Shown in pieces: positions 27,631-40,140 of a DNA stretch of 64,000 nt (position 1 is the first letter of the stretch; every line of letters begins with the position of its first letter). Source of the DNA: Mobula hypostoma (lineage: Eukaryota). The position numbers were made by a program, and so were the translations under genes. The notes below the pieces were generated by a model. That model did no database searches. It worked only from the letters and a program-made list of their open reading frames with translations, and was not told where the DNA came from. Location: assembly GCF_963921235.1 (NCBI RefSeq), contig NC_086108.1, forward strand, positions 113,524,001 through 113,588,000. The letters run 5' to 3'.

Positions 27631-28138
27631 TGTCAGGATGCCAAAGCAGGGACCCAATCACAGACCCAGTACTGTGCACACTGTGATATTTACTGAGTAG
27701 CAAATCCAGAGGGGCAACAAAGTCAGCATCAAATTTCAGGCAGAGATCAAAAATTCCAGAGAAATCCACATACCAGAATCAGGAAACAGGCAGAGTCACT
27801 ATTCAGATAGACAAAGTTCAGATACAATTTCTGGAAAGGCTCAGGAAAACTCACTGGCACAATCTGGTGAAAACACAGGACTGAAATACACTGAGCAATA
27901 AACAGAGAGGCAGATGATAGGTGGAGCACAATGAGACACAGGTGGCAGCAATACAGGTAATAATGAGAAACAGGTGAGAGACGGAGTACTCGGTAATACA
28001 GGGGCCGGAGTAGAGCAGGACCGGGGACAGGAGCACCTGGGGCATGAAAACAAACAAAAGCACATGGCAATACAAAACCACAGACTGACGGCTAGGGGAA
28101 ACACACAGAAAGACAGAGTTTAACTGGAGGCACTGACA
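27631..28138. mobile_element. Solo LTR (508 bp) inserted in an old CR1 fragment
   Basis: TGTCAG...CTGACA termini; 5-bp TSD GGTGG at 27626-27630 and 28139-28143. Confidence 0.8.
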
Positions 28139-28597
28139 GGTGGTAAGATGATGTAATGAGCTGCCAGCAGAATTGATTATTATGGGTTTGATTGCAATGT
28201 TTTAGAGAAGTTTGGATAAGTGCATGAGATTTACAGTATTTATAATAAACAGCTCTGATTATGGACATACTGTGAGTTTAAAACCTGCTGGCAGACTGAA
28301 TGTCTATGAAACGGTTATATGAGCAGGAGGAACACTACATAACGGCTGTCCAGTAGGAACACATAAAACTACAGGGGAAACAGTGTGTTCCATGCTTAAT
28401 TCCGCAATCACGAGATAACAGAAAACTATCTGTGTACTGATGGTTCATCATGGATGGAAAATAAAGTCTTTTGGAGGCAAACGAGGCATAAATGAAGATC
28501 AACAAGCTTGCGACAATAACTACAGACATAATGTAAGTCAGCTTTGTTCACAAAGAGATGGTCGAAGAACTTTGGCAGGAAAGAATAAAGGAAAAGT

Positions 28598-29005
28598 TTA
28601 AACACAAGAGAATCTGCAGACGCTGGAAGTCCAGAGCAGCACTCAAAATGCTGGAGGAACTCAGCAGGTCAGGCAGCACCTATGGAAAAGAGTAAACAGT
28701 CAACACTTCAGGCCGAGACCCTCCGTCAGGACTGGAAAGGAATGGGACAGAAGCCAGAACAAGAAGGTGGGGGAGGGGAAGGAGGACAGGTGAGACCAGG
28801 TGAAGGGATAGGTGGGTGAGTAGGGGAGGGGGGAATGAACTGGGAAGTGAAAGGCGGAACAGGTAAAAAGCTGAAGAATAAATCTGATAGAAGGGGTACC
28901 AGAGGAAGGTAATGGGCAGGTGAAGAGTAAAGAGGAGATCCAGAATGGGGAATAGAAAAAGAGAGAAGGGAGGCAATTACTAGAAGATTGAGATATCAAT
29001 GTTCA
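28598..29005 (-). mobile_element. Penelope 3'/pseudo-LTR fragment with a mutated hammerhead
   Basis: Same pLTR sequence as the other copies; core altered to CTGACGGA...GAAGT at 28699-28732. Confidence 0.75.
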
Positions 29006-29444
29006 TGTACTTTTCTGTTTATTTTCTACTCTAGGTTAACTGTTATCACTGGAATGCTGTTATTTCACGTCAGACTATGAGATGACCATGGCTGCTGTTT
29101 CCTTTGTACTTTCTTTGCTCTTGGCTTCTCTTTCTTGCTTTATTGTTGGTTTTTGTCATACTTAATAAAACAGCCATAAACAACAAACCTTATGCCTCAT
29201 TCTTGACTTCAAAAAACCTTTCAATTGTGAAATAACCTGACCCAATGGTGCCTGCTCAGCTAATCCCAATTTCCAGTGTTTAGCCCATATCTCTCCACGT
29301 CGCACCCCTCCACGTACCTGTCCGAGTGCTTCTTAAATTTTACTACCATACCTGCTTCTGGCAGCTCCTTCCATACGTTCACTACCCTCTGCTGAAAAGT
29401 TAAGCCTCGTCCCTCAGGTCCCTATTAAATCTTTCTCCTCTCAC

Positions 29445-29670
29445 CAGGGAGAGGTAGCACCTCTGATGAAGGGGCTTGTGTCCATTCTGGGGCAGCTCAT
29501 TCACCTTTGGACCCCACTGGACACTCAGCTCTCACCTGTGGAGCCAAGTCGCTGTTTGCACGGACAGTGGTGAGACCGCTTTGACAAGTGGGCGAAAGCA
29601 GGTGAGGGTAGCCAGTGAGCCTCATGCCCCGGTGAGACAGAGCGTAGTCAGCGTAGTCAAACTGGGCGGA
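29445..29670 (+). mobile_element. Probable RTE-clade 5' UTR fragment
   Basis: GGTAGCACCTCTGATGAAGGGGCTTGTG start and an internal 11-bp stem; resemblance to RTE 5' ends is from memory only. Confidence 0.4.
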
Positions 29671-29671
29671 T

Positions 29672-30850
29672 AAGAATCAGAATCAGCTTTATTCTCACCA
29701 GCGTGTGCTTTGAAATTTATTAACCTAGCAGCAACAATACAATGCAATATGTGATAATATAGAAATTTAAAAAATAAGTAAATCAATTGCGTAAGTATAT
29801 ATATATATATTAAATAGTTAGGATAAATATAGTGCAAAACAGAAATAATACAAAAATAAGTGAGGCAGTGTTCACGGGTTCAATGTCCATTTCGGAATCG
29901 GATGACAGAGGGGAAGAAGCTGTTCCTGAATCGCTGTGTGTGTGCCTTCAGGCTACTGTATCTCCTACCCGATGGTAACAGTGAGAAAAGGGCATGTCCT
30001 GGGTGCTGGAGGTCCTTAATAATGGATCTGCCTTTCTGAGGCACCGCTCCTTGAAGATGTCCTGGATACTACAGAGGCTAATACCCAAGGTAGAGCTGAC
30101 TAATTTTACAACTTTCTGCAGCTTCTTTCGGTCCTGCGCAGTAGTCCCCCTCCCCCACTCCACCACATCAGATAGTGATGCAGCCTGTTTGAATACTCTC
30201 TATGGTACATCTATAAACGTTTTCAAGTGTTTTAGGTGACAAACCAAATCTCTTCAAACTCCTAATGAAATATAGCTGCTGTCATGCCTTCTTTGCAATT
30301 GCATCGAAATGTTGAGACCAGGTTAGATCCTCAAAGATCTTGACACCCAGGAACTTGAAATTGTTCACTTTCCACTTCTGATCCCTCTATGAGGATTATT
30401 TTGTGCTCCTCGTTTTACCCTTCTCTTGTCTTACTGACGTTGAGTTGTTGCTAAGACACCGCGCAACCAGCTGGTATATCTCCCTCCTGCAAGCCCTCTC
30501 ATCTCCATCTGAGATTCTACCATCAAAGGTCATATCATCAGCAAATTTATAGATGGTATTTGAGTTCTGCCTAGCCACACAGTCATGGGTGTATAGAGAG
30601 TAGAGCAGTGGGCTAAGCACACTCCCAAGGGGCGACACTGTTGATCGTCAGTGAGGAGGAGATATTTGTTACCAATCCACACAGATTGTGGTCTTCCGGT
30701 TAGGAAGTTGAGGGTCCAATTGCAGAGGGAGGTACAGAGGCACAGGTTTGGTAGCTTACCAACCAGGACTGTAGGAATGATGGTATTAAATGCTGAGCTA
30801 TAGACAACGAACTGCATCCTGACATGGGTCTTTATATTGTCCAGGTGATA
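29672..30850 (-). mobile_element. Rex1/Babar-like LINE (RT to 3' tail)
   Basis: [40 protein letters not shown]...KFADD; (GATTCT)n tail. Confidence 0.85.
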
Positions 30851-31966
30851 GAAGCATAGAAACATAGAAAACAATACAGGCCCTTCGGCCCACAAAGCTG
30901 TGCCAAACATGTCCTTATCTTAGAAATTACCTAGGGTTACCCATAACCCTCCATTTTTCTGAGCTCCATGTACCTGTCCAGGAGTCTCTTAAAAGACCCT
31001 ATCGTATCTGCCTCCACCACCATCAACGGCAGCCCATTCCACACACTCACCACTCTCTGCATAAAAAACTTACCCCTGACATCTCCTCTGTACCTACTTC
31101 CAAGCACCTTAAAACTGTGCCCTCTCATGCTAGCCATTTCAGCCTTGGGAAAAAGCCTCTGGCTATCCACACGATCAATGCCTCTCATCATCTTATACAC
31201 CTCTATCAGATCACCTCCCATCCTCTGTCGCTCCGAGGAAAAAGGCCGAGTTCATTCAACCTATTCTCATAAGGCATGCTCCCCAATCCAGGAAACATCC
31301 TTGTAAATCTCCTCTGCACCCTTTCTATGGTTTCCACATCCTTCCTGTAGTGAGGCGACCAGTACTGAGCACAGCACTCCAAGTGGGGTCTGACCAGGGT
31401 CCTATATAGCTGCAACATTACCTCTTGGCTCCTAAACTCAATCCCACGATTGATGAAGGCCAATGCACCGTATGCCTTCTTAACCACAGAGTCAACCTGT
31501 GCAGCAACTTTGAGTGTCCTATGGACTTGGACTCCAAGATCCCTCTGATCCTCCACACTGCCAAGAGTCTTACCATTAATAGTATATTCTGCCATCATAT
31601 TTGACCAACCAAAATGAACCACCTCACACTTACCTGGGTTGAACTCCATCTGCCACTTCTCAGCCCAGTTTTGCATCCTATCAATGTCCTGCTGTAACCT
31701 CCACACTATCCACAACACCCCCAACCTTTGTGTCATCACCAAATTTACTAACTCATCCCTTCACTTCCTCATCCGGGTCATTTATAAAAATCGCAAAGAG
31801 TAGGGGTCCCAGAACAGATCCCTGAGGCACTCCACTGGTCACCGACCTCCATGTAGAATATGACCTGTCTACAACCACTCTTTGCCTACTGTGGGCAAGC
31901 CAGTTCTGGATCGACAAAGCAATGTTCCCTTGGATCCCATGCCTCCTTACTTTCTCAATAAGCCTC
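30851..31966 (-). mobile_element. 5'-truncated CR1 LINE abutting the Rex1-like element
   Basis: ORFs 31753..31968, 31206..31742 and 30937..31221; (TTCTATG)-type tail. Confidence 0.95.
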
Positions 31967-32539
31967 AATAAGCCTTATTGATCTAAGGTTGTGTGAAGAG
32001 TTATTGAGACCAATTGTGGTAATAAGTAAACTGCAGTGGATCCAGAGATCTACCATGAAAAAAGTCATAGCTATCCACTGGAACAGGGAAGACCCCATTT
32101 GCACTACTCATACCACAGGATCCGGTCTTGCGAGGTTGAAAGAGTGAAACTGACCCAGCGCGATGAGTTTTCCACTTCAAAACTCACCCACACAGGTCTC
32201 TCGTCGTCATTGGATATGATGGATAACCAACACTTCTCACTTTAAACCTGTGTCTTCTAATCTTAGACTCCCCCATACTGGAAAAACAGTCTGTGACTAT
32301 CACCCGACCTATTCTCCTCTGTAAGCTCATCCCTCAGCTTCCTGCATTCCAGGGAGAACAGTCCCAACTTGTGTTATAAAAGAGGCACCCTAATTTTATT
32401 GTTGAGTGTGCGACAAGGCTTAGGGAAGATACCAGCCCAATATCCGGCAACACCTGCAAACTCAAACTGGAAGCCAGACCTAGAGCCTCAAAGAAGAAGG
32501 ATTGGTGTTACGTGCTTTCAGGCTTTCCAGGCGCTCAGG

Positions 32540-32692
32540 AGGGAGGGGGAGAGTTAGAGGGGAGAGGGTGGAGAGAGGGGGAGGAGAAGGAAAGAGAGGG
32601 GCAGAGCGAGAAAAGAGAGAGAGGAAAGAGGGGGAGAGGGGAGAGAGGGAAGGGGAGAGGGGAGGGGGGGAAGAGGGGGGAGAGGGACAGGG
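32540..32692. repeat. Polypurine (G/A) low-complexity tract
   Basis: About 150 nt of almost exclusively G and A. Confidence 0.9.
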
Positions 32693-33099
32693 AGCGTTTA
32701 TTCCATATCTACTGTAAGTGCCATGTGTATGGTTGCTTAAACTGAGTACATAGTTGTGATGTCTCAACTGTCAGCTTGATATTTTAGTACAAATTGTCAC
32801 AGTAAATATAACCAGGAGAATGTTAGAATTTCCCATAGAGAGAGGGATGGGAGTGGAAACAGCTATGGAAGTCCAATGCCACATTAAATATACTGTACAT
32901 CCACTGCATAGACTATCACCAAACTTGGTGGTTTGTTTGTAAAACTATAACAAAATACAGCAATGCTAGAAATCTGAAATAAAACCAGAACATTGGCTGA
33001 TCATGGGTGGAACCAACAGGATTAGTTTAGATTAGTGGTAGAACTGGGGATACAGCCGCAAGATGTGGAGGGGTAGATTTCAGAATCAGAATCAGATTA

Positions 33100-34685
33100 C
33101 CACTCTCCTTCACCTAGCGGAACTTGTCCTCAGTCTAAATAATTTATCCTTTGGGCCCTCCCACTTCCTTCAAACAAAAGGGGTAGCCAGGGGCACTGGC
33201 ATGGGTCCCAGCTATGCTTGCCCCTGTTTTCTGGCTATGTGGAAGCCTGCACTGGTGACCATCCTGCACTTCAACGACTGCGTTGGTGCTGCTTCCCACA
33301 CCCGTGCTGAACTCGTTGACTTCATCCACTTTGCCTCCAACTTTCACCCGGCCCTCAAAATCACCTAGTCTATTTCTGACACTTCCCTTCCCTTCCTCGA
33401 TCTCACTGTCTCTATCTCTGGAGACAGATTATCCACCAATATCCATTATAAACCCATGGACTCTCACAGCTACCTGGACTATAATTCCTCCCACCCTGTT
33501 ATTTGTAAAAACACCATCCCCTTCTCTCAATTTCTCCATCTCCACCACATCTGCTCTCAGGATGAGGCTTTTCATTCTAGAACAAAGGAGATGTCCACCT
33601 TTTTCAAAGAAAGGGGCTTCCTTTCCTCCACCATCAATGCTGCCCTCAACCACATCTCTTCCATTTCACGCAGATCTGCTCTCACCCCATCCTCCCACCA
33701 CCCTACCAGGGATAGGGTTCCTCTTGTCCTCACCTATCACCCCACCAGCCACCGCATCCAGCACATAATTCTCCGAAACTTCCACCACCTTCTACTGGAT
33801 CCCACCACCAAACACATCTTTCCCTCATCCCCACATTCTGTTTTCTGCAGGGATCGCTCCCGATGTGACTCCTTTGTCCATTCGTCCCTCCCCACTGATC
33901 TCCCTCCTGGCACTTATCCTTGCAAATGCTTCACCTGCCGCTACACCTCCTCTCTCACTGCCATTCAAGGCCCCAAACAGTCCTTCCAGGTGAGGTGACA
34001 CTTCACCTGTGAATCTGTTGGGGTTATTTACTGTGTTTGGTGCTCCCAGTATGGTTCTTGTATATTGGTGAGACCCAATGTAGATCGGGAGACTGCTTCG
34101 CTGACCCATCTACGCTCCGTCTGCCAGAACAAGCAGGATCTCCCAGTGGCCACCCATTTTAATTCCACTTCCCATTCCCATTCCGATAAGTCCATCCATG
34201 GTCTCCTTTACTGTCATGATGAGGCCACACTTAGGTTGGAGGAATGACACCTTATATTCCATTTGGGTAGCCTCCAACCTGATGGCATAAACATCAATTT
34301 TTCAAACTTCTAGTAATACTTCCACCACTTACCCCCCCCTTCACCATTTCCCTTCCCCTTGTCCCTCTCTCATGTCATCTCCTTGCCCGCCCATCACCTC
34401 CCTCTGGTGCTCCTTCCCACCCCCCTTTCTTCTTTGTTCCATGGCCTTCTGTCTCTTTCACCAATCAACTTCCTAAGTCTTTGCTTCATCCCTACCCCTC
34501 CAAGTTTCACCTTTCACCTGGTGTTCATCTCTCTCCTGCCCCCACCTTTCAAATCTACTCCTCAGTCTTGCCGAAGGGTTTCGGCCCAAACGTCGACAGT
34601 AATTTTTTCCTGGCCTGCTGAGTTCCTCCAGCATTTTGTGTGTGTTGCTCGGATTTCCAGCATCTGCAGATTTTCTCTTGTTTAC
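33100..34685 (+). mobile_element. Penelope-like element: RT C-terminal half, GIY-YIG endonuclease and pseudo-LTR (decayed)
   Basis: QTKGVARGTGMGPSYA; DSHSYLDYNSSHP; RVPLVLTYHP; TCESVGVIYC...YIGET at ~34005-34075; EE*HLIFHLGSLQPDGINI; degenerate hammerhead at ~34565-34597 on the ORF strand. Confidence 0.9.
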
Positions 34686-34788
34686 AGGTTTATTATCACT
34701 GACGTACTGTATGTTGTGAAATTTGTTGTTTTGTGGCAGCAGTACAATACATAAAATATACTATAAATTACAATAAGAAATATTTATA

Positions 34789-36640
34789 CAATGGTGCTAG
34801 GAAGTTTATGACCTCTGTAGAATTTTCTCTATTTCTGCATAAATATGACCTAACGGGTGAACAGATCTTCACAAGTCCTAAAACTAGATAAAGAGAACCC
34901 AATTCAATAAGTAACACAAAACATTATACCTGCAGTAGTTCATTTACTTATTGAGGAAAGTATGTGAATCGCTGGGGTAATGCCTTCTACAAAAGCTATT
35001 TGGAGTCAGGTGTTCCAATCAATGAGACGGGATTGGGCATGTGGGTTGTAGAAGTGCCCTGCCCTATAAAAGAAGACACACAAAGTCAGGTTGCTGACTT
35101 TTCAAGAAAGATCTATTTAGGTGCACCATGTCTCAATAAAAACAATTTTCAGAGGACTTTAGAAGAAGAATTGTAGAGGTGCATGAAACTGGAAAAGGCT
35201 ACAAATGGAAGAAATTCAGTACTGTTGCTCACAACACGCTGGAGGAACTCAGCAGGTCGGGCAGCATCTGTGGAAAAGATCAGTCGACGTTTCGAGCCGG
35301 AACCCTTCGTCAGGACTGTAGAGGGAAGGGGCAGAGGCCCTATAAAGAAGGTGGGGGGAGGGTGGGAAGGAGAAGGTTGGTAGGTTCCAGATGAAAAATC
35401 AGTAAGGGGAAAGATAAACGGGTGGGGGAACGGAGGCAGCGAGGTGATAGGCAGGAAAGGTGAAGAAGGAATAGGGGAAAACACAATGGGTAGTAGAAGG
35501 AGGTGGAACCATGAGGGAAGTGATAGGTAGCTGGTGGAGGGGGCAGAGTGACATAGGGATAGAGGAGGGGAGGGAGAGGGAATTACCGGAAGTTGGAGAA
35601 TTCTATCTTCATACCAAGGGGCTGGAGACTACCTAGACGGTATATGAGGTGTTGCTCCTCCAACCTGAGTTTAGCCTCATCATGGCAGTAGAGGAGGCCA
35701 ATTTCCTCTTACTGGTTCTTCACCTGGAACCTACCAGTCTTCTCCTTCCCACGCTCCCCCCCACCTTCTTTATAGGGCCTCTGCCTCTTCCCTCTACAGT
35801 CTTGACGAAGGGTTCCGGCTCGAAACGTCGACTCATCATTTCCACGGATGCTGCCCGACCTGCTGAGTTCCTCCAGCATGTTGTGAGTGTTGCTTTGACC
35901 CCAGCATCTGCAGATTATTTTATGTTCAGTACTGTTGCTACTCTCCCTAGGAGTGGCTGTCCTGCAAAGATCACACCAAGAGCACAACATGCAACGCTGG
36001 AGGAGGTGAAAAAGAGCCCAAGGGATCTGCAGAACTTGCTAAAGTCTCTGTTCATGTGTCCACTATAAGAAAAACACTGAACAAAAATGCTGTTCGTGGA
36101 AGGACCCCACGGAGGAGACCATCGCTTTCTAAGAAAACCATTGCTGCAAATGTCAAGTTTGCAAAAGACCACCTGGATGTTCCACAGTGTTTCTGGGACA
36201 GATGAGTCAAAAGTTGAACTTTTTGGCAGAAAACCACATTGCTATGTTTGGAGGGAAAAGGGCATTGCACACCAACACCAAAACCTCATCCCAACTGTGA
36301 AGCAAGGTGGAAGGAGCATCATGGTTTGGGGCTGTTTTGCTGCCTCAGGGCCTGGACAGCTTGAGGGAACAATGAATTCAAAACTATATTAAGACATTTC
36401 ACAGGAGAACGTCAGGGTAGCAGTCTGTCACCTGAAGCTTAATAGAAGTTGGGTAATGGAACAAGACAACGACCCAAAAGACAAGAGCAAATCAGCAACA
36501 GAATGGTTTAAAAAGAATTCAATTTGTGTGTTGGAATGGCTGAGTCAAAGTCCTAAACTTAATCCTATAGAAGTGTTGTGGAAGGACCTGAAGCAAGCAG
36601 TTCGTGCAAGGAAGCCCACCAACATCCCAGAATTGATTTA
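34789..36640 (+). mobile_element. Tc1-like DNA transposon with a frameshifted DDE transposase; right end lost
   Basis: TA|CAATGGTGCTAGGAAGTTTATG terminus; TDESKVELFG, GGRSIMVWGCF, QDNDPK, SPKLNPIEVLW. Confidence 0.9.
35230..35924. mobile_element. Penelope-derived fold-back insertion (second subfamily) in the Tc1 element; hammerhead motifs at 35283-35316 (-) and 35799-35832 (+)
   Basis: 15-bp TSD TTCAGTACTGTTGCT at 35215-35229 and 35925-35939; inverted arms. Confidence 0.9.
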
Positions 36641-36900
36641 AAAACCGCAAACACGAGGAACTCTGCAGATGCTGGAAATTCAAGCAACACACATCAAAGT
36701 TGCTGGTGAACGCAGCAGGCCAGGCAGCATCTCTAGGAGGAGGTACAGTCGACGTTTCAGGCTGAGACGAAGGATCCCACACCACCAGGTTCAGAAACAG
36801 TTATCACCCCTCAATCATCAGGTCCCACACCACCAGGTTCCTAAACCAGAGGGGATAATTTCATTCCCCTCAACATTAAACTGATTCCACAACCTATGGA

Positions 36901-37160
36901 AACAACAGGAATTCTGCAGATGCTGGAAATTCAAGCAACATACATCAAAGTTGCTGGTGAACGCAGCAGGCCAGGCAGCATCTATAGGAAGAGGCGCAGT
37001 CGACGTTTCAGGCCGAGACCCTTCGTCAGGACTAACTGAAGGAAGAGTGATCTTCCTTCAGTTAGTCCTGACGAAGGGTCTCGGCCTGAAACGTCGACTG
37101 CGCCTCTTCCTATAGATGCTGCCTGGCCTGCTGCGTTCACCAGCAACTTTGATGTATGTT
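36901..37160. mobile_element. Penelope-derived fold-back insertion with perfect 110-bp arms
   Basis: 36937-37046 is the exact reverse complement of 37051-37160 (loop GTGA); TSD TTCCACAACCTATGGA at 36885-36900 and 37159-37174. Confidence 0.95.
37065..37098 (+). ncRNA. Minimal type I hammerhead ribozyme motif (PLE-associated); representative copy
   Basis: GTC CTGACGA A GGGT-CTCG-GCCT GAAAC GTC GAC: both conserved core boxes, stem I, stem II, palindromic ACGT in place of stem III, GUC triplet. Confidence 0.75.
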
Positions 37161-38189
37161 CCACAACCTATGGACTCACTTTCAAGGACTCTTCATCTCA
37201 CGTTCTCTATATTTATTGCTTATTTATTTATTATTATCATTTAGCTTTCTTTTCCTTTTTTTTTGTAATTGCACAATTTGCTCTCTATTACACATTGACT
37301 GTCCATCTTGGTGTGTGCCCTTCATTAATTCTGTTGCATTTTATTGATTCTATTGTTTCTTTGTGGTTCCCGTGAAAACCTGCAAGAAACTGAATCTCAG
37401 GGTTGTATATGGTAATAAATTTATAATTGATAATAAATTTACTTTGAACTTTGATCCACAAGGTGTGTCCAACATGCAGGGCCTCCAAGGTTCCACTGCT
37501 CCCTTTGGTAAAGAATTCCAAATGCTGGTGGGGCACAGTAATGTAGCGGTTCGAGTAATGGACATCAGCCCACCCAATCTGTGCTGACTGCTTCGTGCTA
37601 AGAGGCTAGAAAGTTCAGAACATTGTGCAGAGTAAACAGTTGCTGTCTCAGCTCATTGGAACTGAGAGAGAAACAAATTAGTGTTGCTGCATCAATCTCG
37701 TTTCAACCTTCCCACATTCCCAACAACTCCCCCCCACCCAGATTCTACCCCTCAGCTGGAGAATAATACCACTCTGGAGGATAATTTTCTGTGGTCAGTT
37801 GACCCACTGACCCACACATCTTTAGGAAACCCACACAACCTCAGGGAAAACATGCAAACTCCACACAGACTGAAGCAGGTTTACCGCCATTCTGTGGTGA
37901 CAGCTTTCTACACTCTGTCTACACTTCTCACTGCCTGGGTAAAGCACCCAATGTAATCAAGGACCCTATCCACCCAGACATTCTCTCTTCTCTCCTCTCC
38001 CATTGGATCGAAGATACAAAAGCCTGAGAGCACATACCACCAGGCTCAACGGCAGCTTATGCCCCCGTGACCTTAGTGCAATAAAATTGAATATTGACCT
38101 CTCAATCTATTTGTTATGATCCTGCACCTTATTGTCTGTCTGCATTGCACTCTCTTTACTCTGCATTGTTAAATGTACGACATTGTATG

Positions 38190-38512
38190 ATGGGTGGCGG
38201 CGTGCAGATACGTCTCTACCAAAGGAGATGCAAGGTGCTCCTTCCCTCCGCTAACCTACAGGTCACCCTTGGGCGAGGTGCAGCATCTGCTCAGCCCCCC
38301 GATCAGGGTCATGTGAAGCCACGGGACCCGGTGGTGGATGGTCGCCTGAGCAGCTGGTCCATATCACAAGTCCTGGTTATGCGACCACTGTTGCCAGGGA
38401 GACAATCTCTGAAGAGTACTGATAATGGCTGGGGTCACTGCCTTGTAAAAAGGCAATGACAAACCACTTCATAGACCATGATCACCCGTTATACGATATG
38501 GCACATGATGAT
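38190..38512 (+). mobile_element. Short non-autonomous retroelement with a (TGA)n tail, probably RTE-mobilised
   Basis: 11-bp TSD GACATTGTATG at 38179-38189 and 38513-38523; GC-rich body. Confidence 0.65.
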
Positions 38513-38546
38513 GACATTGTATGGGTGGCACAATGGTTACTGTAAC

Positions 38547-39130
38547 CCATAAGAACATGAGACGCAGGAGCAGAATTAGGCCATTCAGCCCATCAAGTCT
38601 GCCCCACCATTCCATCATGGTTGATTTATTATCCTTCTTAATCCCATTTTCCTGCCTTCTCCCCATAGCCTTTAGAACCCTGACTAAACAAGAAACTATC
38701 AATCCTCACTTTAAATAACGGCCTCCACAGCCATCTGTAGCAACAAGTTCCACAGATTCACCACCCTCCACTTAAGAAATATTTCCTCATCTCTGTTCTA
38801 AATGGATGTCCCTCAGTTCTGAGGCTGTGCCCTCTGGTCCGAGACTCACCTGTTGTAGGAAACATCCTCACCACATCCTTTATGTCCATCCTTTTCAATA
38901 TTCGATACGTTTCAATGAGATCCTCCCCTCATTCTTCTAAACTCCAGCAAGTACAGGCCGAGAGCCATCAAACACTCCTCATACATTAACCCTTTCATTC
39001 CCAATTCATTCTTGTGAACCTCCTCTGGACCCTCTCCAATGCCAGCACATCTTTCCACAGGTAACAGGCCCAAAACTGTGCACAATACTCCAAGTGTGGT
39101 CTGACCAATGCCTTATAAAGCTTCAGCATC
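38547..39130 (-). mobile_element. CR1 LINE 3' fragment
   Basis: Same 3' UTR and ORF2 C-terminus as the other minus-strand CR1 copies. Confidence 0.85.
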
Positions 39131-39227
39131 AGAATCAGGTTTAATGTCACTGGGATATGTCATGAAATTTGTTGTTATGCAGTGGTACATTGCAATACGC
39201 AATAATAAAAGCTGTAAACTAGCATAG

Positions 39228-40140
39228 CAAGCAAAAGAAAATTTGCAGATGTTGGAAATTTAAGCGACACACACAGAATGCTGGAGGAACTCAGGAGGCC
39301 AGGCAGCGTCTATGGAAAAGAGTATAGGTGACGTTTCGTGTCGAGACCCTTCATTGGGGCTGGAGAAAAAACGATGAGGAATCAGTTAGATGGTGGGGGG
39401 AGGGGAGAATGAAACACAAAGTGATGGGTAAAACCGGGATGGAGGAAGGGGTGAAGTGAAGAGCTGGGAAGTTGATTGGTGAAAGAGATACAGGGCTGGA
39501 GAAGGAGGAATCTGAGAAGAGGACAGAAGGCCACGGAAGAAAGAAAAGGGAGAGGAGCACCAGAGGGAGGTGATGGGTGGGTAAGCGGATATGGTGAGAG
39601 AGGGAAAAGGATAAGATGTCCTTGGTGGTGGGATCCCGTTGGAGATGGTGGAAGTTGCAGATAATTATGTGCTGGACGCGAAGGTTGGTGGGGTGGCAGG
39701 TGAGGACAAGAGGAACCCTATCTCTGGTGGGGTGGCAGGAGGATGGGGTGAGGGGGGGAACGTGTGCGAAATAGAAGAGATGCAGTTGAGGACAGCATTG
39801 ATGGTGGAAGAAGGGAAGCCCCCTTGTTTGAAGAAGGAGGACATCTCCTTCATTTTGGAATGAAAAGCCTCATCCTGAGAACAGTTGCGGTGGAGACAGA
39901 AGAATTGAGAGAAGGGGATGGCGTTTTGACAAGTAACAGGGTGGGAAGAGGTATAGTTCAGGTAGCTGTGAAAGTCAGTGGGTTTAGCATAGACATCTGT
40001 AGATAAGCCATCTCCAGAGACAGAGACAGAGAGATCTTGAAAGGGGAGGGTGTCTCATCCTGAGAGCAGATGTGGCAGAGATGGAGGAATTGAGAGAAGG
40101 GGATGGTGTTTTGACAAGTAACAGGGTGGGAAGAGGTATA
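39228..40140 (-). mobile_element. Penelope-like fragment with an internal ~85-bp direct duplication
   Basis: KEMSSFFKQGGFPSSTINA; SSHPVTCQNTIPFSQFL; 39870-39956 is repeated at 40054-40140. Confidence 0.8.

Noticed and set aside
29005..29235. Possible third solo LTR (AATAAA, T-rich)
   Set aside because: No clean TG...CA termini or TSD found.
29463..29480. CTGATGAAG hammerhead-like box
   Set aside because: No GAAA box at the proper distance and no flanking stems.
32375..32719. TATAAAAG followed by a GTAAGT donor as a possible first exon
   Set aside because: Short motifs expected by chance; no supporting downstream gene.
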